A stretch of 64,000 nt of DNA from Octopus vulgaris. Taxonomy: Eukaryota. The stretch is from the NCBI GenBank assembly GCA_951406725.2, contig OX597830.1:18042001-18106000 (forward strand). Reading direction: 5' to 3'. Every line of letters begins with the position of its first letter. Position 1 is the first letter of the stretch. The position numbers were made by a program, and so were the translations under genes. Below the pieces are notes generated by a model that saw nothing but the letters and a program-made list of their open reading frames with translations, did no database searches and had not been told where the DNA came from. This document shows, piece after piece, positions 11,251 through 25,029 of the stretch.

Positions 11251-12571
11251 TTATCTCGCATGCAACAAGGTTTCTTTAAGAAGCCTGTCAAACCTAAATT
11301 CGCAAAAAGACAAATCAAACCTGTTTTAAATCATAATATATGTAATTTCTACTGTATTGAGTGCCTTTTTGTTTTATGAGTTCACTCATAAAAACATATA
11401 CATTTACATTCATACATATTTACACATTTAATACATACATGCACATATATATACATATATATATATATATACACACACACATATACATACACACAAACAC
11501 ACACACATAAATCAGTATATAAACACCACACCCATTCATATGTATATTAATACAGATATCAAGAGATGTGTGTGTGTATATACAAATATCAGTAAAATAT
11601 ATGCAGATTCCGTTTAAACTCAATACCAACACACACCCTAACATTAATCACTTCCTCGAATATTCTAGAAAAGCTGCATGTTGTTGGTTCATATAACAAT
11701 AATGTGAGACTGAGTAACAACTTTTTCCTCAGGGTTCCATTGAGGACTTTGTTAATTCTCTACAGATTCCAAAGGAGGATGTACCACCTATAATAATAAA
11801 TGTGATAATAATATATTTCTTTATTGCCCACAAGGGGCTAAACATAGAGGGGACAAACAAGGACAGACAAACGGATTAAGTCGATTACATCGACCCCAGT
11901 GCGTAACTGGTACTTAACTGGTACTTTCAATCCCGAAAGGATGAAAGGCAAAGTCGACCTCAGCGAATAATCTTTTCTACTAGTGGATTTGGTAGACGGA
12001 AACTGAAAGAAGCCCGTCGTATATATGTATATATATATATATGTGTGTGCATGTGTGTGTGTGTGTTTGTCCGCCCAACATCGCTTGACAACCGATGCTG
12101 GTGTGTTTACGTCCCCGTAACTTAGCGGTTCGGCAAAAGAGACCGATAGAATAAGTACTCGGCTTACAAAGAATAAGTCCTGGGATCGATTTGCTGGACT
12201 AAAGGTGGTGCTCCAGCATGGCCGCAGTCAAATGACTGAAACAAGTAAAAGAGTAAAAAGAGTAGCTGTTATCCGACCCAAGTGATTAACCGTTATTTAT
12301 TTCATCAACTCCAAGAGGATTAAAGGCAAAGTTGACCTTGGCGACATTTGAACTTTGCCAGAAGAAATGCTGCAAAGCATTGTGAATGGCACAATAATAA
12401 ATCTAGCAGCAACCTATTTCCAGTTGCTTTCTTTAATAAGTTTATGTTAGAAGCAGAAACTTAAGCTAACAAAACATTAATTACACAATACTACCAAAGT
12501 CACTGCTAACAAGTGCTTTGTATGTACTTATATTACATATTTGCAATGTATACATTTGAATCAATACATAT

Positions 12572-12735
12572 AGGCGCAGGAGTGGCTGTGTGGTAAGTAG
12601 CTTGTTTACCAACCACATGGTTCCGGGTTCAGTCCCACTGCGGGGCACCTTGGGCAAGTGTCTTCTACTATAACCTCAGGCCAGCCAAAGCCTTGTGAGT
12701 GGATTTGGTAGACGGAAACTGAAAAGAAGCCCGTC

Positions 12736-12808
<73 letters not shown>

Positions 12809-13342
12809 AATAAAATATATGCATATATATAAACATATATGTACGTACCTACCTCTACATGTACATATACACGCATATATGTGTACAGGACACCAAAAAG
12901 ACGTCGAACACATAGAGAGACGAAAAACATAGACACAAACCAAGGAACAAGACAGGCAAAAAAAGAGAGATACAGGACAATAAGCACAACGAAAAATCCC
13001 CTTCTTCAGTCGCTAAAGTTTCATCTACTAAACGTTTCGAAGGATAAAAGCGAGACGTATACTTCGAATGAAAAATTCCTTCCTGCGAAAAGCAAATCAA
13101 TTAAAATTCTGAGATCTTTTCGCAGAGGGGTAAATATATATGCATGTGTGTGTTTGTCTCCCTAGCATTGCTTGACAATCAATGCTGGTGTGTTTATGTC
13201 CCCGTTACTTAGCAGTTCGGCAAAAGAGGCTGATAGATTAAGTACTGGGCTTACAAAAGAATAAGTCCCGGGGTCGAGTTGCTCGATTAAAGGTGGTGCT
13301 CCAGCATGGCCGCAGTCAAATGACTGAAACAAGTAAAAGAGT
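12572..13342 (+). mobile_element. SINE family A with a ~270-bp insert (~12860-13130) in its TA microsatellite
   Basis: Head at 12572 and tail at 13150-13342 flank unrelated sequence resembling the 52.3-53.8 kb repeat. Confidence 0.8.
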
Positions 13343-14689
13343 ATGCTGTAGGCAGGAGAGAGAGAGCCATGTTCACAGACAGAAATGGAATTGTTCTTTA
13401 TAAGCTTTTTTTGCCTTTTTTACTTGTTCCACTCATTGGACTGCAGCCATGCTGGGACACTGGCTAAACCTTTTTTAAGGGTTTAGATGAACAAATTGAA
13501 AATTGATCCCAGTACATGTTTTTTAAGTCTGGTACTTACTCTGTCAGTCTCTCTTGTCAATCCACTAAGTTATGATGACATAAACAAACCAACACCACTG
13601 TCATACACACAAACACAGTTTCCATCTACCAATTCACTCATAAAGTATTGAGTCAGCCCAAGACTACAGTCAAAGACATTTGCCCAAGATACCACGCAGT
13701 GGGATTGAACCCAAAACCATATGGTTGTAAAGCAAGCTTCTTAACACACAGCCATGCCCACACCTATTGAAACCAATTTACATTTTTTTTGTCTCCAAAG
13801 AAAGTCCAATTTCTAACATTAAAAATTCAATTCCCATGACATGTTGAGTTATTTATATCATCAAACTTTAATTTTATTAACACTACTCACTACTAATTTC
13901 CTCAAACACTGACGTTTATTTGTAGTTCTGATGTGGTTACATTAAATAAAATCTTTGCGTGATACAGGACTGCCCCAGTTTATCCCCGTATTTACACAAC
14001 CCCAAAGGGACCCAGTTTCTTCCAGTAACAAAAGTCAGGATTTGGTCTCAAGATGCACAAAGCCAAAACAATGATCTAACATTCCATTAATCCATTGCCC
14101 AGGACTATAACTCCTTTTGTTGATCCTGAACAGATAAAAGGCAGAGCTGACCTAGATAGTATTTGAAATCAGAGCAAAGAGAGCCAAATAAATTCTGCAA
14201 GGAATTCAATCCAATAGACTGGAGCCTGGTACAGCCTCCTGGCTTCCCAGACCCGTGCTAGCATGGAAAACGGGCGTTAAACGATGATGATGATGATGTT
14301 ACTATGATTGCCTATTTGATGCCACACAATAAATGCTATGGAATAAAAGCAGCCAATTATTTTCCAACGAAGAACATTGCAAACCTATGAGTTGACATAG
14401 TTAAATAAATCAAAAAACATTAAGTGAAACTGGAGTTTGCATTCTGTGTCAATCAGAACAGATAATAAGATAAGACAGGTCAACTGAGATAGATTACTTA
14501 AGTAAAAAGCACTTATAGCTGACCTTAGAAATGCTTTTCTTTCATAAAGACAAACAGATCTCAACCTAGTATTATCATCATTTATATTTTTTGTTTTAAA
14601 CTTTCAGGCGTAAGAGTGGCTGTGTGGTAAGTAACTTGCTTATGAACCTCATAGTTCTGGGTTCAGTCCCACTGCATGGCACCTTGTTG

Positions 14690-15310
14690 ATGTGAGTTAG
14701 GCCAGAAAGGAAAACACCTGTTTTTAAACCTTTCAGACAAGTCTACCACACCATTTCTTCTGCCATAATCACCTAACAGAGAAAGACTAACCATTCTTCC
14801 CTGCCAAAGAGAAGTGACACATTGCTCTTCAAGTGACAGCAGCTGTTTGACACAAGATGCTAATGTGGGAGCACTGAACAATAGCATGAAGGATGGTTTT
14901 ATTGCCCTAAGTGCGTCTCGAGTACATTCATCAGCTGACACAACTGTACTTGTAGAGCTTGTCTCGAATAAGTAATGCTCCACTGTAGCACTGCCATGCT
15001 AAGAAATTTTGGGTACGAGACATGTGTCTGCCAAGTTTGTGCCAAAACTACTTTCAGATGACCAAAAAGACACTCGGGTTTCAGTTGCACAAGATCTCCT
15101 TGATTGTGTCAAGAACAATGAAAACTTATTGAAAACTTTGCATAGGCCTCTGAGCAGATGTTGCCAAGTTTTTGACAAAACTTGATGCAGATTCTCAGCG
15201 CAACTTGTTCTGTCAAAGTCAGTGCAATATCACACGCTACACACCTTCCTTCCAAGCATTGTTGTAAACAGCAGAGTTCAAGGTGAATCTATGCCAGGTG
15301 GCTTCACTCT
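14690..15310 (+). mobile_element. Degenerate mariner-like transposon remnant
   Basis: ~15005-15140 translates LGTRHVSAKFVPKLLSDDQK, a variant of the mariner WVPHEL linker. Boundaries are approximate. Confidence 0.55.
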
Positions 15311-15472
15311 GCATGCTTTAGTTTCATTACTATAGCAACAGTCCAGATATTTATTGATCAGACCACAAATGCAAATATACAGATGCATACACACATCAAT
15401 AAATACAAACATATTTACACCCACTGTAAATAAACATAGCCAAACACATACTACTTCATACAAGTTCATATA

Positions 15473-15509
<37 letters not shown>

Positions 15510-15944
15510 CAATATGCATATACATATGCATCTAAATACATGTACAACATATACACATACATATAAATTAACATCAATAAGTAATTCGTGTCTGTTAATA
15601 TTTAGGTAAACAATGGTCAGACTTGATTACGAGAATGAGATAAAAGAATGCGTAGGATGGGTTGAAAATCATGAACTAGTAATTAATAGAGTGAATTGAT
15701 GAACAATTTTGCAGTTACAAAAACTTTTTATAACATATGATTAGATGTGATAAATATATAAAAAAACATGAGGTCTAACCAAATATAGTGAAGTAAAAGT
15801 ATGGAAGTAAAAAAAATAATATAAAAGTATGAAAATATGATTAAACCATAGGGTTAAAAACATATGTAACACTCCAGCATAGATAATAAAAGACTGTAGG
15901 TATAAATGTGTGTGTGTGTGTGTGTGTGAGTGTGTGCGCAGAGG

Positions 15945-16890
15945 TGGCCAAGTCACTGCTCCTCACCTCCTCCTGGCTTCCAGCTTAATTCCTCTCTCTT
16001 GCTCCAAAGCAAACAAGAGGCTCTTTCAGCTGCCTCTCTCATCCTGTGCACAGCCACCATTCACGTCTTCCTTCTTATTCCAATGGCTGTAAGCATCTTT
16101 CCATGCTGACTGAGCAGGGAATCCCCTACAGCCAACCTTGACTGGGAAAACCATACTGGCCATCCTGCAGAAGACTCTCATCATATTTGGCACACTTCCT
16201 GTTCATGGGCCTCATCACACCCCTCTTCCCACAGGACTGAGCTCAATTAGGACCATTCTTAGTCGTTTCAGACCACAGAACCACGTCTGGCCTCAGGGTT
16301 GTATGGACGACCTGGAAAAACTGCAGTCTCTCCCCTAGGTCCACTTTCGTATCCATGCAGTAAGCTATGTGTTGTTTTTGTCGACTTTACTGGCCTCTCT
16401 CTCTATTTCACAAACTTAAATGCAGTTGTTGCTTTCCTCTGATGATGAGGTCTCTTGAGCCTTTTCTGTTCCAGGGTGTGAGCAAGTGTTGCAAGCACTA
16501 TTATTGGGCCACTTGTATCTTCCTTAAGAAAGTGCTATCCTGCACTGACAAGATGTGTGCCAGTGTGTGACTTTTTCCACAAAGTCTACACAGCTAGTCT
16601 TCCCTCAAACCCCATCTATGCAGGTTAGTTGGTATCAGGTGTGTCATAAACTGTCTACAGCAGGAAGGAAATGTGGAAAGGCTTTAGTCTCCACAAGTCA
16701 GTCCATATGACCTTCCTCTTAGGGAGGTCCTATTTAGTCCAGGCACCCTGAGATACCAGCTCCACAGCTCTTGATTTTCTTCTTTCCTCCTTGCACTTCT
16801 GCCGGGACCATAGCCCTCCTCTCCCTGATGTCTGCTTTCTCCCATTGTTGGAAATGGGAAGAACTGAGACCCTGGCAACCTCAACATGTA
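15945..16890 (-). mobile_element. HERO-like (REL endonuclease) non-LTR retrotransposon, 3' relic
   Basis: Hand translation through stops and frameshifts gives SQGAWTK, ISFLL.TVYD, NLHRWG...CRLCG, RPDVVLWS, VGCRGFPA, AAERASC. The 3' end abuts (CA)n. Confidence 0.8.
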
Positions 16891-16906
16891 ACTCCAATAT
16901 ATATAC

Positions 16907-17200
16907 ATCAGGTCATTAAGAATGAAATGTCCAACTTTCTTATGCACCAAGTTTGACAGTCGTTAACTCTAAAGTTTTATCCTGACAATTCTTTGTTTTA
17001 CAACACTGAACAGCTACATCATCACTTTTCAAAATGCAATTCATGGTGTCTGATTATATTGTGAGTTTTCTCATGCAAATCAATTTTTGTGAACCCATGG
17101 ATAGATCAAAAATTTGAGCTGTTTATGAATATGGGTTCCGTCGTGGGACCAATGCATCCCAGACAGCTCGAAACATCAATAAGGTGTTTGGTGAAGTTGT
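16907..17200 (+). mobile_element. Mariner 5' fragment
   Basis: MDRSKI*AVYEYGFRRGTNASQTARNINKVFGE resembles the mariner N-terminal HTH. Confidence 0.7.
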
Positions 17201-17805
17201 TCTTTAACCCACTCTTTTAGTACAAGTCCATGGTCTTCTACCCAGCCCACACATTCTGTTACGAAATTCTCATGATCAAGTCTGACTAATGTTTATCCAA
17301 ATATCAACAGATGCACACTTGCATGCATATTGATGTTAGCTTATGCATATATATATATATGTGTGTGTATATTTGTTATGTGTACATATAGAAGCACATG
17401 CATATTTAAATATGTGTGTTTATATATATATATTTACATGTATGAACTTGTGTGTATTTTATACATATTTATATGTGGTATTTTATGAGTTTAAACATGT
17501 TTGTCTATGCTGTGTGTGAATGTATATATTTATATACGTGTGCAGTGCATTTTTATATACATCTAATTAAGCATATTTGTTTTTCTATGCAAGTATTCGT
17601 AAATTTCTGTGTGAGAGTATGTATTGTGTGTATTTGAGAGTATATATATGTGTGTAGGTGTACATATATGTATATGTGAGTATGTGCATGATAGGCTTAG
17701 ATAATTGTTGAGGGCTTCCTTAACATGAAACCAATGGTAGTCTTAATCAACAAATAAAGAATCCTCTACCAATGCAGTGTTGAAGACTCATTCTCATTGT
17801 TTGAT

Positions 17806-18165
17806 ATCATCATCAGCATTTAACGACCGTTTTCCATGCTAGCATGGGTTGGACGGTTCGACCGGGGTCTGGGAAGCCAGGAGGCTGCAACAGGCTCCAG
17901 TCTTGATCTGGCAAGAGTTTCTACAGCTGAATGCCCTTCCTAATGTCAACCACTCCGTGAGTGTAGTGGATGCTTTTTTACGTGCCACCAGCACAGGGGC
18001 CAGAGGGGGCTGGCAAACGGCCATGATCAGTTGGTGCTTTTTATGTGTCACTGACACAGATACCAGTCGAGGCAGCACTGGCATCAGCCACATTCGGATG
18101 GTGCTCTTTACATGCCACTGGCACGGGTATCATAACTACAATTTCCATTCAGTTTTTATTTAGAT
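17806..18165 (-). mobile_element. RTE-LINE 3'-end/SINE-like repeat with (ATG)n tail
   Basis: Same sequence forms the 3' end of the RTE at 33445-34290. Other copies at ~7160-7375, 14215-14300, 18380-18618, 35030-35125, 36250-36690. Confidence 0.8.
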
Positions 18166-19640
18166 GTCTCACATATATATATATTTATGTATATGTATGC
18201 GTTTCCAAATATATACTTGCATGTGAATGCCTACACGTACATGCGTATGTATATGTATATAAATGTATGTATATATATATATACATATGTACATTAATAT
18301 ATATGTGAGTGTATATTTATATTTACTCATATGTGAATTGATACATATTATATGCGTGTGTATTCTTTGTTATGTATTAATGTGCCAGAGGCACGTAAAA
18401 AGCACCATCCGATCGTGGCCGTTTGCCAGCCTCGTCTAGCACGTAAAAAGCACCCACTACACTCACAGAGTGGTTGGCGTTAGGAAGGGCATCCAGCTGT
18501 AGAAACATTGCCAGATTAGACTGGGCCTGGTGCAGCCTTCTGGCTTCCCAGACCCTAGTTGAACCGCCAACCCATGCCAGCATGGAAAGCGGACGCTAAA
18601 CGATGATGATGATGATGTACTAGTATACAGTTCATTTGTATACTTGTCTAACTTTATTTTATGTACATACTGATGCCTGTACATGGGATTGTACAATTAT
18701 CTTACAAATGACACTATATCTGGTGGCTTTTATTTTTCTTTTTTTTATACTCTTATCGCTTCATGCCTTCTTTTCCATTTCACTATCTTATAACGATAAT
18801 ATTCCTTTCTACTATACACACATGGCCTGAAATTTTGCAGGAAGTTGATTACATCAATCCCAGGGCACAACTGATAAATATTTTATCAACCTCCAAAAGG
18901 ATGAAAGGCAAAGTTAACCTTAGCAGAATTTGAATGTAAAGATGGACAAACTGCCACTAAGCAGTCTGCGGTCAGTTCAACACCTTATCTTATAGAAATA
19001 ATATTAATCACCTACAAACTCTCCATAACCACCCCATAAACTCCATTCGTACAGATAAGGGAATAACCTTCCTAAAAGCACAGGCATTTCTACTTCTTTG
19101 GAGTTTTTGTATAGAGGAGTGATTATGATCAGTTGCTTGAATCATTTCACATGTTCATTCCCCCTTCGACTGTTGAAATTGTATGAATTTTTTTCCCAGT
19201 TTCTCTTGGTGAATTTTCACAAATGAACTTTTAAGAGACAGGTAGAAAAGTACCTGAAAAGAAATAATAGTGAACGGCTGTGAAGCACCTTGAAGTTACA
19301 TAATGTTCATTCATTGAATATGAATGTGTGTATTTGTGTCCTCTTGTCTTATCATATGATAATTGTAAAAGAGTATTATTGCCAAAGAAGCAGTGTCATC
19401 CATATCAAATATTCTGTGAAATACACACACCTATGTATCATACTTAAAGTAAATACACCATTGAAAGGCAAATTTACTGTGGTATTCATCCAAAGATATC
19501 TCATGTACATGATGGCTGCGTAAGTAAGAAGCTTGCTTCTCAACCACATGGTTCCAGGTTCAGTACCATTGCATGACACAGCCTCAGGCTAATGAAAGCC
19601 TTGTGAGTGGATTTGGCAGACAGAAACTGAAAGAAGCCTG

Positions 19641-19701
<61 letters not shown>

Positions 19702-20576
19702 TCTGCATCTGTACCCCACTACCACTTGACAACCAGTGTTGCTCTGTTTACATCCCTGTAAAGAGACCGAAAGAATAAGTACTAGGCTAAAAAAAAAGTT
19801 CTGGGGTTGATTTGTTCAACTAAAACCCTTCAAGGTGGTGTCCCTGCATGGCTGCAGTCAAATGACTGATACAGTACATACATACATATGATGATGATGA
19901 TATATATATATATATATAAGCGCATGGTTTAGTGGTTAGGGTGTTGCACTCACGATTGGGAGATCGTGGGTTCGATTCCCAGACCGGGCGTTGTGTTCTT
20001 GAGCAAAGCACTTCATTTCACATTGTTCTACAATCATTTCATCACCTGACATGTGGCACATGGTGCACCTGTAATGGTAATGTCGATTTGGTAGAGAGAG
20101 TGAGCTTATGTGTGCAGAAACATTTGATCACTAAACAAATCATCTGCGTGCAAGAAATTACCGAACCCTTATATGTCATCTAATGACGGGAGAGTCCACA
20201 CACACAAACACACATACAGATAGATATCATTTGTGTAGGGTGTTCAGCAAAAGCTGAATGCTCATACATTGTCTTTGACAGCAGAGTCCATCATATATAT
20301 ATATGTATATATGAGGGAGAAGACAAGCATTCCAGTAACAGTTAACAAGAATGCTAGATGCATTTTGGCCATGTTGGGCCTTATCAATGGCATTGGCATA
20401 TAATTGCAGACAGCCACATTGGTATGGCACATAGCAGCCAGGTTGAGTAAAATCCTTTATATGCAATAGAAGCAGTATTAAATTAAAATAGCCATCTATG
20501 TGGCATGTAGGCAATACAATATGCAATACAGCTAAATGTTTTTCACCATTTTTCTGTGAAGACAAATCTCATTTAA

Positions 20577-20797
20577 CCCTTTAGCATTTAAACCGGCCAT
20601 ATCCGGCCAAAAGTACTCTGCCTGTTTTATGTTCAAACCGGCCAGATCTGGTCTCTCACACCAACCCTACAATACCGATTAAAAAATTAACAGCTACCTC
20701 ATCAAAATCTCAAAGCTACAAGATAATGCATGATTAGTTCAAGGCAATGTGGATAAAAAAGCATTAACTTTGGAAGAATAATGTGAACACCAAAGGG
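20577..20797. mobile_element. piggyBac-type MITE
   Basis: TTAA TSDs and cccttt/aaaggg termini; matches 8572-8792. Confidence 0.88.
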
Positions 20798-21589
20798 TTA
20801 AGCTAACTGTTGAAGCTGAAATACAGTTGGAATGATTTTTGTCTCTCTTCGATATGTATTGTTTATAAACACGTCATATCAATAAGAGATGTTATTTCTG
20901 GATGAATACTGCAGTAAATTTGCCTTTCAACAACGTATTTACAATAAATATGACACAAAGATGGCAACTTGAATGAAATGCTGCTTCTGTTGCACATAAC
21001 ACACGAAAATTGAAAATTATCGAATTAGACATTGGAGATGGAATCCAACAGAGAAATGAATATTGATTGTTTAACACCAAAATTTATCCAGGTATTCTAT
21101 TAGTGACCTCAATTATAATCAGGTTAAAGTACCTGTTACCTGACAATGTTCCAAACTCTCTCAACTTCAACAACAACCATGCTGACCAAGTTTCACTCCT
21201 AAATATGATGCAATAATTGCAAATAATTGTACCCGACCTCTCCCTCTCTCTTTGTGTGTGTGCGTATTTATATATTTATTTACAACTTATAAATGTACTT
21301 TATATCCTTACCTTAGTTATATTGAAATTCCCTCAACTATCTCTATTAATTCATTCTTCTTTGACTATAATTCTATTTACCTACTCTATCTTACCTCCAA
21401 CCATCCTGTAAACCCCTCACCTGAACACAAAAATACAAATCATAAATAGTATCATTCAGTCTGCTATAATGAATCCATAAACAAACATATAAAACACTTA
21501 AGGGTATATCTATTATTCCCTCTGAAGATATTATGCTCAGAAATGATGTTTTGCAAACAACTTGCACATACAAGAGCTACCAGAAGCCA

Positions 21590-22030
21590 GCAAGTGTATG
21601 GGGTCATCAGGAAAGAATGCGTGCAATTTCGGGGCCTACCTCTCAACGGCATCAATGTGCACCAGCCCCACCTCACTGATATGAGGCTCCGCTTGCTAGA
21701 TCAACTGGTTATCAAATAAAGCTCAATATTCTTCTAGCCATCGCTTGTCCCCCTCACTGATACGAGGCTCTGCTTGCTAGATGCACTGATTATCAAATAA
21801 AGCTCAATATTCTTCTAGCCATTGCTCATCGTCTCTTTTTAACCAAATCCAGTGGCTAGCCTTTTCCACTGTAGTTTGGACATTGGTCATGCTGGTATTT
21901 ACTTTACGATGAGTTAGGCCTAACAATAACAACAGTCGTCTCACACTGTGTCCAACAAACCCTCTACATCCAACTTCAATTGGAAAATGCTTCACTTTCC
22001 AGCCTGCATCTTTACATTCCTCGAGGAGGA
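21590..22030 (-). mobile_element. Second HERO-like REL retrotransposon 3' end with an ~81-bp tandem duplication
   Basis: FPIEVGCRGFVG...EKASHWIWLKR is a HERO-type C-terminus. Duplicated units start at 21671 and 21752. Confidence 0.75.
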
Positions 22031-22432
22031 ATACAAACTTAATATTTAATCAATTCACTGTGTATAATTGAAACAGCTGCAAGGGATACTGCTCAATTTG
22101 CTGTTGATAATAAATTCTTATTAACTTCACAATCTCCATTTCCTTCTTCCTTTATATGAATATAAACTACAGATATTTATATATACCTATTATTTTAGGG
22201 AATTCAATTCCCCCCAAAATATTTCTTTACTACCCACAAGGTGATAAACACAAAGGGGACAAACAAGGACAGACAAACGGATTAAGTCTATTACATCGAC
22301 TCCAGTGCGTAACTGGTACTTAATTTATCGACCCCGAAAGGATGAAAGGCAAAGTCGACCTCAGCAGAATTTGAACTCAGAACGTAACGGCAGATGAAAT
22401 ATGGCTACGCATTTCGCCCGGCATGCTAAGTA

Positions 22433-22739
22433 TCTCTATATATATAAACGGCAAAATGTCTGTCTGTGTGTTTGTATCCTTTATACAAATCCACAATTTT
22501 TCAGTTAGAGGGCTCACACTTTCTATGGTCATTCAAAACCGTCCAAGGGTGGTCGTGCACATCTTTACATTTCCCCAGTCACCCCGCAAAGCCATTAAAA
22601 AAATCAATAGAAGTGACTTTTTGTGAATTTTCTATCCAAAACCCAATCAAAATGCCTGAAACTTGATACGCCAATTGAATGCCAGCTAGCTGTATGTGAT
22701 TGGTCGGAGATTTGGACAGTACTCGCGTGTATGTGCTAG
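22433..22739 (+). mobile_element. Probable non-autonomous Helitron
   Basis: A|TCTCTATATATATAAA...CTAG|T termini; it truncates a SINE B head. The subterminal hairpin is not clear. Confidence 0.5.
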
Positions 22740-22759
22740 TATGCATATATATATATCTT

Positions 22760-23136
22760 ATCCTTTTTTACTTGTATCATCATTGTAAGATTTTTAGTTG
22801 AATGTATTGACCCCAAGACTTATTTTCTAAGCCTAGTACTTATTCTCTCGGGTACTTTTGCCGAACTGCTAAGTTACAAGGACGTAAACACACTAAGAAA
22901 TGGTTGCCAAGCGGTGATGGGGGACAAATACACCAAATAAACACACACGCGCGTGTGTGTGAGTGTTTGTTTGTATGTATGAGTATATATATATATATAT
23001 ATATATATATACGACGGGTTTCTTTCAGTTTCCGTCTACCAGATCCATCTAGAAGGCTTTGGTCGGCTTGAGGCTATAGTAGAAGAGACTTGCCTAAGGT
23101 GTCACGTAGTGGGACTGAACCCGGAACGATGTGGTT
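22760..23136 (-). mobile_element. SINE family A
   Basis: Reverse complement of family A; the head is cut by the adjacent MITE. Confidence 0.85.
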
Positions 23137-23299
23137 ATATCGGTACTGCTTAAATACAGAGGTCCCGATGCATCTACGTAACGATATGTCTTTACAGTGC
23201 ACACTCGTTAGGGTTATTTTAGGGTTAGTGGTTGTGGTCAGTTAGGTTTAGGGTTACGTAAATGCGTCGGGACCTCTGTATCTAAGTAATACAGTTATA
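23137..23299. mobile_element. Short MITE with ~45-bp TIRs and internal TTAGGG motifs
   Basis: cttaaatacagaggtcccgatgcatctacgtaac / gttacgtaaatgcgtcgggacctctgtatctaag. Confidence 0.75.
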
Positions 23300-24923
23300 T
23301 TTATACATGTATGTATTATGTAATGTAATGGTAGTTTTCCAAATCGTTTAATAAAACGCATGTGGTCACTAAACTAAGAAGAAAGTGCAGTTTTAAATTG
23401 TTAATTTCTGTAAGAGGGAAATTATAAGCCGTATACCGAAATTAATGGTCATACTTCAGAATTACTGTAACCTGAGGTGGCCGTAATGCGAGGCATGCCT
23501 GTATCTTTATTCAGTTTGTTTTGCCCCATTCGCAAAACACTATCTTGTGGGTTAAACACAAACAAGTTTGCCACAACTGACAGAGCACTCGTATTGTAAA
23601 AGAAGGGGACAAATTTCAGTATTTTGTCGAGCACCTTTAACAATTTCGTAAATACATCGTGCAGGAACATTACCTTATTTTATTGACACCACTCTGCCCA
23701 CCAGTTCTGAGTTCAAATCTCTCGGCTGGATTACAAGTATAGCTAATATAACATTATCCAATTTACCCCCCCCCTTTTTTTTTTTTTGAAAGAAGGGAGG
23801 TTGTCATTTGATGGAAATCTGACTGCTATTTCTAGTAAATAGCTTGACCACCACCTAGACAACGACACTCCTTCGTTAGCTTGAGATGTATGTAAACTGG
23901 ACAGGAAAGTTGCTATGTTACGTCGCCCTAATTTTAATAGTTTTAGCACGTGGAGTCTATACACGAGATTAGCACGACAGATGTAGACAAAATATATCGA
24001 ATTAGGCAGTATATGATGAGGTAGAGTTAATTTTGTTAACGGTTAGAATAAACGAAAGGTTAGGGGGGGTCAAACATTATAGAATGTTAAAGCATCAACA
24101 GTGCTTACATAATATAAACGAAATCGTAGACTAAGTTCAATTAGCGAAATTACGGTCGTAATTTAGCAAACTTATGCAATGTTCTCTTTTTACAAAGAAG
24201 CACAAGTGTCGGAAAGGTGAAATTCGATTGTCCCCTCAAGGCAATCGGATTGATTTGTTGCCGAGGGAAGCCACTACCAATTCCTTTAGATTCCCGACAA
24301 CCTTCCCGTCTTTATATAATAAATACGAGCCACAATAACTGCTTGAAAAAATCGTTGCGAACACATGTCTAACATTGTGAATATTCCAAACAATGGGGAG
24401 CTTCTACGTATTATTATTTCTTTTTTTTTATTATTGAACAGAACAGTTTACATAATGCAGTCGGTCCTAGATACAGGCTATCTGAATAAAAAATGGGAGT
24501 GTCACGGCTGGAATACCCCTGGTCATAGGTTTTCTCGATAATGATTGACCTGGGGGCTAAACAACAACTAAACACATTTATATATATTGGAATACACTCT
24601 ATTATTATTATGTCAGGGCTGAGGATTGACAGAATCGATAAGGCATGAGACGAAATGCCTTGTGGTATTAAGATACGGTCCATCCTTTCGAGGTCGATAA
24701 ATTAAGTACCAGTTACGCACTGGGTCGATGTAATCGACTTAATACCTATGTCTGTCCTTGTTTGTCCCCTCTGTGTTTAGCCCCTTGTGGGTAGTAAAGA
24801 AATAGGTATTAAGTTACGGTCCATAACGTTCCGAGTTCGAATCTTGCCGAGGTCAACTTTGCCTCAGTTACTTAAATTACAACAGAGAATGGAAAGAGAG
24901 AGAAAAAAGAGTTGGATAATTAC

Positions 24924-25029
24924 TTGTTATCGAGGTAACCAGGGCACCAGAGCATGACGAAAACATTTGTTGGACAGCTGTTATCTTGCTGGTCATTCCG
25001 TTATCACCAGCTTGTTGCATAACCATCAT
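24924..25029 (-). CDS. SLC25A40: SLC25A39/40-family mitochondrial carrier, coding exon 1 (MMVMQQAGDNGMTSKITAVQQMFSSCSGALVTSIT)
   Basis: ATG at 25029 with an in-frame TAA 11 codons upstream. QQMxxSxxGAxxTS matches the family N-terminus. GT donor at 24923, phase 1; A+TG makes the Met of MTPLDVVK. Confidence 0.88.

Noticed and set aside
23449-23670. 73-aa ORF in intron 1 as a nested gene or extra exon
   Set aside because: No recognisable motif, and exons 1 and 2 join in frame without it.
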